A program made the position numbers and the translations under genes. 64,000 nt of DNA, from assembly GCA_963725885.1 (NCBI GenBank), contig CAVSAH010000003.1, forward strand, positions 23,158 to 87,157. Direction: 5' to 3'. This stretch comes from an uncultured Chloroflexia bacterium. GTDB lineage: Bacteria > Chloroflexota > Limnocylindria > QHBO01. How positions within the stretch are numbered: the first letter of the stretch is position 1; the number at the start of each line of letters is the position of its first letter. Shown piece after piece: positions 20,022 to 30,422 of this stretch. Under the pieces are notes generated by a model. The model was given only the letters and a program-made list of their open reading frames with translations. It ran no database searches and was not told where the DNA came from.

Positions 20022-20858
20022 GGCCGCGCGCCCGGTCACGGTTGCGAGATCGAGGGTCTCTCCCGGGGCGAGGATGGCAACTCTCGAGTCCAGCGTTCGG
20101 CGCTCGACCTCCGCGACGAACTCCAGCGGCGGCTCGGTGAGGGCATGTCGGCGCCAGCGCATGGCGATCGGCCACAGCGTTCCCCAATGGATCGGAACTG
20201 CGAGCGTGGGACGCAGGATCTCGACGGCTTCGGCAGCGCGTGCCGGGTTGAGGTGGCCCGGGCCGAGCCGCGGGCCCCAGCCCCACACCGGCAGCAGGGC
20301 GAGGTCGAGCCCGAGACTCCCGATATCGGCCATCTCGTCGAACAGGTCGGTGTCGCCCGCGAAGTAGATCGTTCGGCCACCACCGGTGATCACGTAGCCG
20401 ATGGCCTCGGCGCTCGGCCCGAACGGCACGCGATGACCCGAGTGGACGGCGCGGACGGCGGTGATCGCGACCTCGCCGTGGCGGAACGAGGCGCCGACCG
20501 GCAGCTCGGTCACGTCACCGAAGCCCCAGCCCGATACGAAGGCGCCCAGGCCTACCGGCACCACGAGGCGGATGTTCGACCCCGCCCGGCGCAGGGACTC
20601 CCGATGGAGGTGGTCGTGGTGGGCGTGGGAGATGAGGACCAGCCTCGTGACGTCACGCGCGACCTCGGGCCGCGCTCCGACCCGACGAATGATCGCGACT
20701 CCCTGGGTAAGCATCGGATCGGTCAGCACCTGGACGCCCGCCAGCTCGATCCCGACGGTCGCATGACCGTAGTACGAGACGAGGCCGCCCGATGCCGGCG
20801 CCGAGCCGCTGTCGCCGGTCGCGTCGCTCGGGTCGGGGCTCGGGCCGTCTGCGCTCAC
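20019..20858 (-). CDS. MBL-fold metallo-hydrolase (UlaG-like)
   Basis: VLTDPML, ISHAHHDHL, YFAGDT, AVPIHWGT. Confidence 0.88.
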   Translation of the reverse strand: MSADGPSPDPSDATGDSGSAPASGGLVSYYGHATVGIELAGVQVLTDPMLTQGVAIIRRVGARPEVARDVTRLVLISHAHHDHLHRESLRRAGSNIRLVVPVGLGAFVSGWGFGDVTELPVGASFRHGEVAITAVRAVHSGHRVPFGPSAEAIGYVITGGGRTIYFAGDTDLFDEMADIGSLGLDLALLPVWGWGPRLGPGHLNPARAAEAVEILRPTLAVPIHWGTLWPIAMRWRRHALTEPPLEFVAEVERRTLDSRVAILAPGETLDLATVTGRAA

Positions 20859-20996
20859 TCCGGTTCCATACTACGGGCGCGGCGGCCGACGGCCGACGAC
20901 CGATGCGCGAACCGCGCGAGGCGCTTGTCCTTCTCGCCTGCAAAGCGTTCTGGTACCGTCGATCGAGTTCTCGTGAGTGCGTGCTGGAGGTGCTGA

Positions 20997-22334
20997 TTGA
21001 CGGGCTTCTTTCCCGACGTCCCTGAGCGGATCGCATACGGCGGACTCGACTCCACCGATCCGTACGCCTACAAGGTCTACGAACCCGACCGGCTCGTCCT
21101 CGGGAGGCGAATGGAGGAGCACCTGCGGATCGCGGTCTGCTTCTGGCACTCGTTCAACTGGCCGGGATCCGACGTCTTCGGATCGGGCACCTTCGACCGG
21201 CCGTGGCTGGCCGGGACGGCCGAGCCGATGGCGGCGGCCCGCGACAAGCTCGAGGCTGCGTTCGAGTTCCTCGGCCACCTCGGCGTGCCCTACTTCACGT
21301 TCCACGACCGCGACGTTGCGCCCGAGGGTCACGACCTCGCCGAGACCCGGGCCAACCTCGACGCGATCGTCGAAGACATCGAGCGGCACATGGAGCGCAC
21401 GGGGACGCGCCTCCTGTGGGGCACCGCCAACCTCTTCAGCCATCCCCGCTATGCGGCGGGCGCCGCGACGAACCCCGATCCGGAGGTGTTCGCCCACGCC
21501 GCGGCCCAGGTATCCGCGATGCTCGACACCACCCATCGGCTCGGCGGCGCCAACTACGTGCTGTGGGGCGGCCGTGAAGGGTACGAGACGCTCCTCAACA
21601 CCGACCTGAGGCGCGAGGAAGCGCAGCTCGCCCGATTCCTGCACCTCGTCGCGGAGCACAAGCACCGCATCGGCTTCGGCGGGATGCTGCTCCTGGAGCC
21701 CAAGCCGCAGGAGCCCACGAAGCACCAGTACGACTACGACGTCGCGACCGTCGACGCGTTCCTCGGCCGTCACGGGCTGACCGACGAGTACCGCGTCAAC
21801 ATCGAGGCGAACCACGCCACGCTCGCAGGGCACAGCTTCCACCACGAAATCTCCGTCGCGATCTCGCGCGGGCTGTTCGGCAGCATCGACATGAACCGCG
21901 GCGACTACCAGAACGGCTGGGACACCGACCAGTTCCCGAACTCCGTCGACGAGCTGGCACTCGCGCTGTACGAGATCGTGTCCGCTGGCGGCTTCACGAC
22001 CGGTGGCTTCAACTTCGACGCGAAGCTGCGCAGGCAGAGCCTCGACCGCAACGACCTGTTCCACGCGCATATCGGAGGCATCGACGCCCTCGCTCGAGCA
22101 CTCCTCGTCGCGGCCGACCTCGTCGAGGACGGGGAGCTGGCGCGGCTTCGCGACGAGCGCTATGGCGGATGGGACGGCGAGCTCGGAAGCGCGATTCTCG
22201 ACGGCGGGCTCTCCCTGGCCGACCTCGGGGAGCGCGCCGTGCGCGACAACATCGATCCCCCGCCGCGCTCGGGCGGGCAGGAGCGCCTGGAGAACCTCGT
22301 CAACCAGCGGATCTGGTCAGCCGGCAGGGACTGA
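20997..22334 (+). CDS. xylA: Xylose isomerase (class II)
   Basis: [60 protein letters not shown]; TTG start with GGAGG SD. Confidence 0.97.
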   Translation: MTGFFPDVPERIAYGGLDSTDPYAYKVYEPDRLVLGRRMEEHLRIAVCFWHSFNWPGSDVFGSGTFDRPWLAGTAEPMAAARDKLEAAFEFLGHLGVPYFTFHDRDVAPEGHDLAETRANLDAIVEDIERHMERTGTRLLWGTANLFSHPRYAAGAATNPDPEVFAHAAAQVSAMLDTTHRLGGANYVLWGGREGYETLLNTDLRREEAQLARFLHLVAEHKHRIGFGGMLLLEPKPQEPTKHQYDYDVATVDAFLGRHGLTDEYRVNIEANHATLAGHSFHHEISVAISRGLFGSIDMNRGDYQNGWDTDQFPNSVDELALALYEIVSAGGFTTGGFNFDAKLRRQSLDRNDLFHAHIGGIDALARALLVAADLVEDGELARLRDERYGGWDGELGSAILDGGLSLADLGERAVRDNIDPPPRSGGQERLENLVNQRIWSAGRD

Positions 22335-22340
22335 CGCGTC

Positions 22341-23825
22341 GTGGCCCTCGTCCTCGGCATTGACGTCTCGACGACCGCCACCAAGGCCATCCTCGTCGAC
22401 GAGTCGGGCACGGTGCGCGGCATCGGCACGGCCTCGTACCCGTACGAGACGCCGCGGCCGCAGTGGAGCGAGCAGGATCCCCGGCTGTGGTGGGACGCCG
22501 CCGTCACCGCGATCCCCGAGGCGCTCGCCGCGGCCGGGGTCGACGGTGGCCAGGTCGCCGCCGTCGGGCTCGCCGGCCAGATGCACGGTGCGGTGCTGCT
22601 GGATGCCTCGGACGAGCCGGTACGACCAGCGATCCTGTGGAACGACCAGCGCACCGCGGCCGAATGCGACGAGATCCGGCGGCGCGTGGGCATGCCGCGC
22701 CTGGTCGAGGTCACCGGCAACGACGCGCTGACCGGGTTCACCGCCCCGAAGCTCTTGTGGGTGCGGCGGCACGAGCCCGACGCGTGGTCGCGGGTGGTGC
22801 ACCTTCTTCTGCCGAAGGACTACGTGCGCCTGCGGCTGACGGGGGAACGTGCCATCGATCGTGCGGACGCGGCGGGCACCCTGCTGCTGGACCTCGCCGC
22901 GCGCGATTGGTCGGACGAGATCCTCGATGCCCTCGACCTCGATCCGGCCATCCTGCCGCGGACCCTCGAGGGACCTGAGATCTCCGGCGAGGTGACCGCC
23001 GAGGCGGCGCGGCTCACCGGACTGCGACCGGGCACGCCGGTCGTCGCCGGCGGCGGCGACCAGGCCGCGAACGCGGTCGGCGTCGGCGCAATCGACCCGG
23101 GCATCGTGGCGCTGTCCCTCGGAACCTCGGGCGTGGTCTTCGCCGCGGCGGCGGAGCCAATCGTCGAGCCGGCCGGCCGGGTCCACGCCTTCTGCCACGC
23201 CGTGCCGGACCGATGGCACCTCATGTCGGTGATGCTCTCGGCGGCCGGGAGCCTGCGCTGGTTCCGCGACGCGCTCGCGCCGGGGATCGACTTCGCAGCC
23301 ATCGACGCCGAGGCGGCCACGGTCGCGGTCGGCAGCGACGGGCTCCTCTTCCTGCCGTACCTCACCGGCGAGCGCAGCCCGCATCCCGATCCCCTGGCGC
23401 GGGGAGCCTTCGTCGGGCTGACAGTCGGCCACGAGCGACGGCACCTGGCCCGCTCGGTGCTCGAGGGAGTCGCCTTCGGCCTCCGTGACGGGCTGGAGCT
23501 GATGCTCATGGCCGGCGTCGCTCGCCCCACCCAGGTGAGAGCCTCAGGTGGAGGGCTGGCCAGCAACCTGTGGCGGCAGATCCTCGCCGATGTCCTCGAG
23601 GTCGAGATCGCAACCGTGGCGACCAACGAGGGGGCCGCGTACGGGGCCGCGCTGCTGGCCTCCGTCGCCGGAGGCCTCCATCCGACCGTGGCCGACGCGG
23701 TGTCGGCCAGCGTGCATGCCACGCCCGCGGCGGCTCCTGGGCCTGCTGTCGACGCGTACCGGGAGCGCCATGCGGTCTACCGCGAGCTGTATCCCGCGCT
23801 CCAGGGGATCTTCCCCCGCCTCTGA
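22341..23825 (+). CDS. xylB: Xylulokinase
   Basis: GIDVSTTATKA, GQMHGAV, PAILWNDQR, GGGDQAA, FLPYLTGERSP; follows xylA. Confidence 0.95.
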   Translation: MALVLGIDVSTTATKAILVDESGTVRGIGTASYPYETPRPQWSEQDPRLWWDAAVTAIPEALAAAGVDGGQVAAVGLAGQMHGAVLLDASDEPVRPAILWNDQRTAAECDEIRRRVGMPRLVEVTGNDALTGFTAPKLLWVRRHEPDAWSRVVHLLLPKDYVRLRLTGERAIDRADAAGTLLLDLAARDWSDEILDALDLDPAILPRTLEGPEISGEVTAEAARLTGLRPGTPVVAGGGDQAANAVGVGAIDPGIVALSLGTSGVVFAAAAEPIVEPAGRVHAFCHAVPDRWHLMSVMLSAAGSLRWFRDALAPGIDFAAIDAEAATVAVGSDGLLFLPYLTGERSPHPDPLARGAFVGLTVGHERRHLARSVLEGVAFGLRDGLELMLMAGVARPTQVRASGGGLASNLWRQILADVLEVEIATVATNEGAAYGAALLASVAGGLHPTVADAVSASVHATPAAAPGPAVDAYRERHAVYRELYPALQGIFPRL

Positions 23826-23844
23826 GCCCGGGCTGGCGGAGCGC

Positions 23845-24693
23845 TCAGCCGCTGTGGAGCGCTTCGAGCTCCTCTTCCGTGACCTCCTCGGGCTTCTTGC
23901 CCAGGATGATCATGGCCAGCACCTGGTCCGTCGTGACGTCGTCGCGCCTGACGGTGTCCACGATCTTGCCGTGGTACATGACGCTGATGCGATCGGACAG
24001 GTCGAACACGTCGTGGATGTCGTGGCTGATGAGGAAGATGCCGAGACCCTCGTTCCTGAGCTGGCGGATGAGGTCCCGCACCTGTGCCGTCTCAGCCGGG
24101 CCGAGGGCGGCCGTCGGCTCGTCCATGATGAGGATCGTCGCGTTGAACTGGATGGCGCGCGCGATGGCGACCGACTGCCGCTGGCCGCCTGACAGCGACA
24201 CGACGGGGGTCTTGAAGTTCAGGAAGCGGGGATTGAGGCGCTGCATGAGCTTGCGCGTGGCCGACTCCATGGCCGGCTCGTCGAGCGTGCGGAATCGGCT
24301 CACCAGCTCGCGACCGAGGAAGACGTTCGCCGGCGCGTGGAGGTTGTCGGCCAGCGCGAGCGTCTGGTAGATCGTCTCGATGCCGTAGTGGCGCGCGTCC
24401 CGCGGGTTGTGGATCGTGGCCGGCTCCCCGCCGACGCGGATCTCGCCCGAATCGGGCACCTGGGCCCCGGAGAGGACCTTCATGAGGGTCGACTTCCCGG
24501 CGCCATTACCGCCGACGATGCCGACGACCTCGCCGGCTCGCAGGTCGATCGACACGCTGTTCACGGCGTGGACGCCACCGAACGAAACGCTGATGTCCTC
24601 CATCTCGACGAGGTGGCCATTCGCCGGCCCATCCGACGGGGCGCCCGGCGGCACCGGGGTCGCCCCTGAAGTCGGCTGCTCGTACAACGTCAT
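23845..24693 (-). CDS. Sugar ABC transporter ATP-binding protein (single NBD, XylG-type)
   Basis: [26 protein letters not shown]; ATG 24693 overlaps the permease stop (ATGA). Confidence 0.92.
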   Translation of the reverse strand: MTLYEQPTSGATPVPPGAPSDGPANGHLVEMEDISVSFGGVHAVNSVSIDLRAGEVVGIVGGNGAGKSTLMKVLSGAQVPDSGEIRVGGEPATIHNPRDARHYGIETIYQTLALADNLHAPANVFLGRELVSRFRTLDEPAMESATRKLMQRLNPRFLNFKTPVVSLSGGQRQSVAIARAIQFNATILIMDEPTAALGPAETAQVRDLIRQLRNEGLGIFLISHDIHDVFDLSDRISVMYHGKIVDTVRRDDVTTDQVLAMIILGKKPEEVTEEELEALHSG

Positions 24694-26018
24694 GTGCTTC
24701 GCCTCCGCAGGTAGGAGTCGAGCCCGACCGCCGCGACGAGCACCACGCCGACGACAATGTCCTGCGTCGGTGAGTCGATGTCGAGCAGGACCATGCCGGA
24801 CCGCAGAGACTGCATCACGACGGCGCCAAGAATCGCGCCGGGGATCGTCCCGATGCCTCCGGCGAACGACGTGCCGCCGATCACGGCGGCGCTGATGACG
24901 TCCAGCTCGTTCGTCACGCCGAGGCCGGTGACCGCGGCGTTGAGACGGGCCGTCTGGACGACGGCGCTGACGCCCGCCAGGAGGCCCATCAGCGCGAAGA
25001 CGAACATGACCGTGCGCTTGGTGTTGATTCCGCTCAACTCGGCGGCCTGCGGGTTGCCGCCGATGGCGTACACGTTGCGTCCGAAGCGACGTCGCTCGGC
25101 GATGTGGGTCATGACGATTCCGGCGGCGATCATGATGAGCACCGGATACGCAATCCCCACGGGGATGATCAGGCCGCCGGGCGGAACCTCGATGCCATTC
25201 GCCTCCGCGTACTGCTCTGCGAGGGCGGGCGGCCATGGGTAGGCATTGACGATCGCCACGGCGCCGAGGATGGCCGCGGTCAGCACGACGCCGATGGCGA
25301 CGGTGGCCCATACCGGCCGCACCTGGAACCCGTACCTGGCCTGGCGCCGCCGGGCCAGGACGAGGCCGACGATCACCAGTATGACGGCGATGATGCCGAC
25401 GGCCCACGAGCCCCACTGTCCCAGCGAGCCCTGGGGCCCGCCGCCGAGCAGCCGGAAGGTGGGGTCCATCGGCGCGATCGTCTGGCCCTGCGCGTACTGG
25501 AAGATGAGGCCGCGCCAGGCGAGCAGGCCGCCGAGCGTGACGATGAAGGACGGGATGACCCCGTAGGCAATGACGAAGCCCTGGATGCCGCCGATGACGA
25601 AGCCCAGCACGAGCCCGAGGACGACGCTGATGATCCAGATCGCAGGGTGCTCGAGACCGAGGCCGAGGGTCTCGGGAAGCCAGACCGTCTGGGCCATGGC
25701 CATGGTGTACGCCGACGAAGCCGAGCATGGCGCCCACCGACAGGTCGATGTTGCGCGACACGATGACCAGCACCATGCCCGTTGCCATGATGGCGATCGA
25801 TGCGCTCTGGACCGACAGGTTCCAGAGGTTGCGGGCGGTGAGGAACGTGCCCTCCGACACGATGTTGAAGCCGATCCACATGAGCGCCATCGTCAGGATC
25901 AGCCCGAAGAGGCGCGTGTCGACGTCGGCGGTCGCGAAGCAGGCCGCGCGCGCGACGATCGGGCGCCGCGAAGGCGATCGCCCATGGTCCCGGCTGGTGG
26001 GGTCGAGACCTCGGACAT
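24690..26018 (-). CDS. xylH: Sugar ABC transporter permease (XylH-type); about 2 frameshifts (~25950, ~25715)
   Basis: [48 protein letters not shown]; ATG 26018 with AGGAG SD. Confidence 0.88.
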
Positions 26019-26057
26019 TATCGGCTCCTGGGACGGCGTGCCGATGGTGGGAGATGT

Positions 26058-26090
26058 CCCTGCGCCCGCCGATGGTCGGCGGGCGCAGGG
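26058..26090. promoter_or_regulatory. Intercistronic 15-bp perfect stem-loop between binding-protein and permease genes
   Basis: CCCTGCGCCCGCCGA-TGG-TCGGCGGGCGCAGGG. Confidence 0.75.
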
Positions 26091-26114
26091 CACGGAGTTA
26101 CCTAGCTCGTTGTC

Positions 26115-27202
26115 TCAGGGGCAGACTTCCAGGGAGCCGGCCTCGACGCCCTGGCACAGGTCGTCCTTCGCTGATCCACTCGGCGTCGAGCACGACGTCC
26201 AGGTTGTCCTGGGTGATCGCGATCGGCTCGAGCAGGATCGAGGTGAGGGTGTTGCCACCGGGACTCTCGAACTCGATCGGTGTCGGGAACGGCGGCAAGG
26301 TCAGGGTCGTTGCACAGAGCAACGGCAGCCTCGCCGGCTGCGCGGCCCAGCTCGCGTGCGTCCTTCCAGACGTCCACGGTCTGGGTCCCGAGCGCGACCC
26401 GGTTGCAGGGCCGCGAGGTCACCGTCCTGGCCAGAGACCGGGATCTGTGCCGGCAAGTCCCTGCGCCTCGAGCGCAGCGACCACGCCGCCCGCCATGCCG
26501 TCGTTCTCGGCCAGCACCGCGTCGATCTCGTTGTTGTTGTCGGTCAGGAACTGCTCCATGCTCGTCTGGGCGATCGCAGGATCCCAGTTGTCGGTGTAGC
26601 TCTCGCCCACGATCGTGATCGTGTCGCTGTTCTCACCGACCTCGGGAATACCCGCTTCGACCATGCCGGCGCGCAGGAAGTCGGAGTTCGCATCGGCGCC
26701 GTTGCCCTTGATGATCACGAAGTTGCCGGAGTCGACACTCCGCGAGCACCGCTTCGGCCTGCATGCGACCCACGGCGACATTGTCGAAGCTGACGTACAG
26801 CGCATCCGCGCTCTCGATGAGGCGGTCATAGGCGATGACCGGCACGCCCTGGTCGATCGCGGCCTCCACGGACGGCAGGATCGTCTCGGTGTTCTGGGCG
26901 AGGATGATCAGGACGTCGGCCCCATCGGCAAGCAGGTTGTCGATGTCGGTCGCCTGCTGCTCCTCGGACGACCCGGCGTCTGCCGAGTCGTACGACGCGC
27001 CGGCCTCTTCAAGGGCCGCCTGGATGGCTGGCTCGTCGCGAAGCGCCCAGCGCTCTTCCTGGTAGTTGTTCCATGAGACGGCGACCGTGCAATCGGCCGC
27101 TCCGCCGCCGGATGCGGCAGCGGATTCGCCGCCACCGCCCGAGCATGCGGCCATGAGCAGGGCGAGAATGCCGAGCAGGGCCGCTACCCTCCGAATCATC
27201 AT
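26115..27202 (-). CDS. xylF: Xylose ABC substrate-binding lipoprotein (XylF-type); at least 4 frameshifts
   Basis: Lipobox LMAAC; [55 protein letters not shown]; GGAGGAG SD. Confidence 0.85.
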
Positions 27203-27344
27203 CAGCTGGATCTCCTCCGAATGTGATCGTCAATCTGGGTGACTGTTCCGCAGTAGGCTACTCCTCTGTCAAGCCCCTCCTCGTCTGGATGCGGGACGGT
27301 TGGCCGCTCGTCGACGAGCGGCCGCCGTTCGGCAGGCTGAATCC

Positions 27345-28575
27345 TCATGCACTCACCGCCTCTGGCTGTCGCTGACGCAGCCTCGTGGCGGGATCGGCGA
27401 GCAGCGGCTCGAAGGCAAGCTCCGCGGCGCCGAGGACCGGAGCATCGATCCCGAGGTACGCCGGAAACACGGTCACGTGCTCTCGGGAGGCGGGCAACGC
27501 CCTCGTCGCCAACGCGCGCTCCACGTGCCCGGACACGAGCGGGTGGATGCGCTCGAAGAGCCCTCCGAGCACGACGACCGACGGGTTGAAGATGTTCACC
27601 AGGCCCGCGAGGCCGGTGCCGAGCCACGTTCCGACGTGCTCCATCGCGTCGAGCGCCTGCGGCTCCCCGGCGCGGGCGGCGCCGATGACCGCGCTGACGG
27701 CCGCGCGCCCGCCGTCCGGATCTCGTCCGGCCCGGAGCAGCAGCGCGCGCTCGCCAACCTCGGTCTCCCAGCAGCCGATCGATCCGCAGGCGCAGGGGAC
27801 GCCGGTCGGGTTGACGGGAATGTGCCCAACCTCGCCCGCGTAGCCGGCAGCGCCCTCGAGCGTGCGGCCGTCGATCACGACGTTGCCTCCGACGCCGACC
27901 TCGCCCGGTGATGTAGAGAAGCGTGTCGGCGTGCGCCGCGGACCCGCGGCGATGCTCGGCGAGCCCGCCGAGATCGGCCTCGTTGGCGACGGCGATCGGT
28001 GCGGTCAGGTCGAGCGCGTCGGCAAGGCGATCGGCGATGTCCACGTCGCGCCACCCGAGGTTGGGCGCGTGCCGCACCTGTCCGTCCGGTTGTCGGACGA
28101 TCCCTGCCACCCCGACCCCAAGGCCAACGAACGCCGGACTGTGCCGCAGCGGCGCGGCGAGAGGACGGGCCAGCGCGGCCAGGTCCTCGATCGTGGCGTC
28201 GACCGAGAGGTGGCCGCGTGGGCGGTCGACCCGTACCAGGTCACGGACCGTGCCACCCAGCCCGACGGACGCGGCGGCCAGGGAGTCAACGTTGATCTCG
28301 AGGGCGAGCACTGCTGCGCCATTCGGGTCGGGGCGTACCAGCGGCGACGGTCGGCCCGGAAGCCCCGAGCTCGCGCTGGGAATCTCGTCGACGAGGCCGG
28401 CATCGACCAGCTCGCCGATCAGCCCGCGGATCGCGCTCCGCGTGAGGCCGGTGAGGATCCCGAGCTCCGAGCGGGAGCGTGGGCCGCGAAGATGCAGCTC
28501 CCGAACGATGGCGGACAGGTTCGCGCGTCGAACCGTCTCGCTCCGATGGCCGGGAGCCTCACCCGGGGTCAACAC
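27345..28575 (-). CDS. ROK-family transcriptional regulator (XylR-like); frameshift ~27905
   Basis: N-terminal HTH (SRSELGILTGLTRSAI); NEADLGGLAE; GYAGEVGH...CACGSIGCWE; GTG 28575 with GGAGAGG SD. Confidence 0.9.
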
Positions 28576-28715
28576 GAATATGTGTTCCTCTCCACCAAAT
28601 GTTGCCGTAGACTCGTACATCGCATCGGCGCGTGTCAATACGGTCGCCGTGACGCCCAGGGCGGATCACATCGAATCGGCCGCGCTATGGGCCGCAGGCG
28701 GAACGAGGAGGATCG

Positions 28716-29423
28716 ATGGCCAGCATTGCGGGTCGGGTGGCATTCGTCACCGGAGCGAGCCGCGGCATCGGCGCCGCGACGGCACGCGCGCTTCACGAGG
28801 CAGGGGCGAAGGTCGGCATCGCGTCGCGCAGCGGCGACGGCCTCGACCTCGAGGGATCGGTCGCCGTCACCTGCGACGTGCGCGACTCGGCCTCGGTCGA
28901 GCGGGCCATCGGAGAGACAGTCGACAGGCTCGGTGGGCTCGACATTCTCGTCATCAACGCCGGGGTCGGCGCCTACGGACCCATCACCGAGTTGGATCCC
29001 GACCATCTCGAGGAGATGATCGACGTGAACGTGAAGGGAGCGATCTACACGGTGCGGGCCGCGCTCCCCCACCTCATGCGCAGCTCGGCCGCCGACGTGG
29101 TGACCCTGGCCAGCGAGGCTGGCCGGCGCGGCCTCCCCAACGAGGCGGTCTATTGCGCGTCGAAGTTCGCCCAGGTCGGCCTCACGCGCGCGCTGGACCA
29201 CGAGCTCCGCGAGCACGACATTCGCTGCACCAACGTCTGCCCCGGAGGCGTCGCGACCGATTTCGCGATGGGTCGCGGCCGAACGCCCGACATGCCGCAG
29301 CTCGCGGGGATGATGCGGCCGGAGGAGGTTGCCGAGGCGGTCCTGTTCGTGGTCACCCGTCCACGGACGCATCGGATCCTGGAGGTGGCGCTGCGCCCGG
29401 TGACCGAGAGCTCGTGGGGCTGA
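28716..29423 (+). CDS. SDR family oxidoreductase
   Basis: TGASRGIG, INAG, YCASKF; GAGGAGG SD. Confidence 0.92.
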   Translation: MASIAGRVAFVTGASRGIGAATARALHEAGAKVGIASRSGDGLDLEGSVAVTCDVRDSASVERAIGETVDRLGGLDILVINAGVGAYGPITELDPDHLEEMIDVNVKGAIYTVRAALPHLMRSSAADVVTLASEAGRRGLPNEAVYCASKFAQVGLTRALDHELREHDIRCTNVCPGGVATDFAMGRGRTPDMPQLAGMMRPEEVAEAVLFVVTRPRTHRILEVALRPVTESSWG

Positions 29424-30414
29424 GCGCAGGACGCCTTCGCTGGGGCGTTCTCTCGACCGCCGACATCGCACGGCGCAAGGTCATCGCTGGGCTGCGACGC
29501 GCCGAGCGCAGCGAGGTCGTTGCCATCGCATCCCGCGATCCATCGCGGGCGGAAGCCGTGGCCGCAGAGCTGGGGATCCCGAACGCCCATGGGTCGTACG
29601 AGGAGCTGCTCGGTGACCCGGAAGTCGACGCGGTCTACATCCCGCTGCCGAACCACCTGCACGCCGAATGGACGATCCGCGCCGCCGAGGCCGGCAAGCA
29701 TGTGCTGTGCGAGAAGCCGCTGGCCCTCACCGTCGCCGATGCCGAGCGGATGATCGACGCTGCCGATAGCGCGGGCGTCATCCTCATGGAGGCCTTCATG
29801 TACCGCCACCATCCGACGTGGGTGGCGGCGCGTGAGCTCGTCGCCGGCGGACGTATCGGCCAGCTCCTGGCGGTCCAGAGCTTCTTCGGGTACTACAACG
29901 ACGACCCCGCGAACATCCGCAACATCGCCGACGTCGGCGGCGGGGCGCTCTACGACGTCGGGTGCTACTGCGTCAACCTGTCGCGCATGCTCTTCGGCGG
30001 CGAGCCGACCCGGGTCCTGGGGTCGCTGCGCCGCGATGCCGCGACCGGGACCGACATCCTGACCGCCGGCATCCTCGAATTCGCCGACGGCCTGGCCAGC
30101 TTCATGTGCTCGACCCGCACCGAGGACGACCAGCGCGTCGACATCTACGGCACCTCCGGGCGGATCTCGATCGAGATCCCGTTCAACATCCCGCCCGATC
30201 GCCCGACGCGGATCTCGGTGGCCGCAGGTGGTGACCCGCCGGTTACGCCGCTGATCGAGGTCACGACGTTTCCCGTCACCGATCCGTACGCGTCAGAGGC
30301 CGAGGCCTTCGTGGCAGCCGTACTCGACGGAGCACCGCGCCGGTGCCCCCAGCCGATGCGGTTGCGAATCTGCGCGTGATCGAGACAATCTTCCAATCCG
30401 CCGACAGCCGCTGA
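29414..30414 (+). CDS. Gfo/Idh/MocA family oxidoreductase; frameshift ~30340
   Basis: RWGVLSTADIA, DAVYIPLPNHLH, HVLCEKP, GGGALYDVGCY; alternative frame ends PVPPADAVANLRVIETIFQSADSR*. Confidence 0.9.
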
Positions 30415-30422
30415 GGAGTCCC

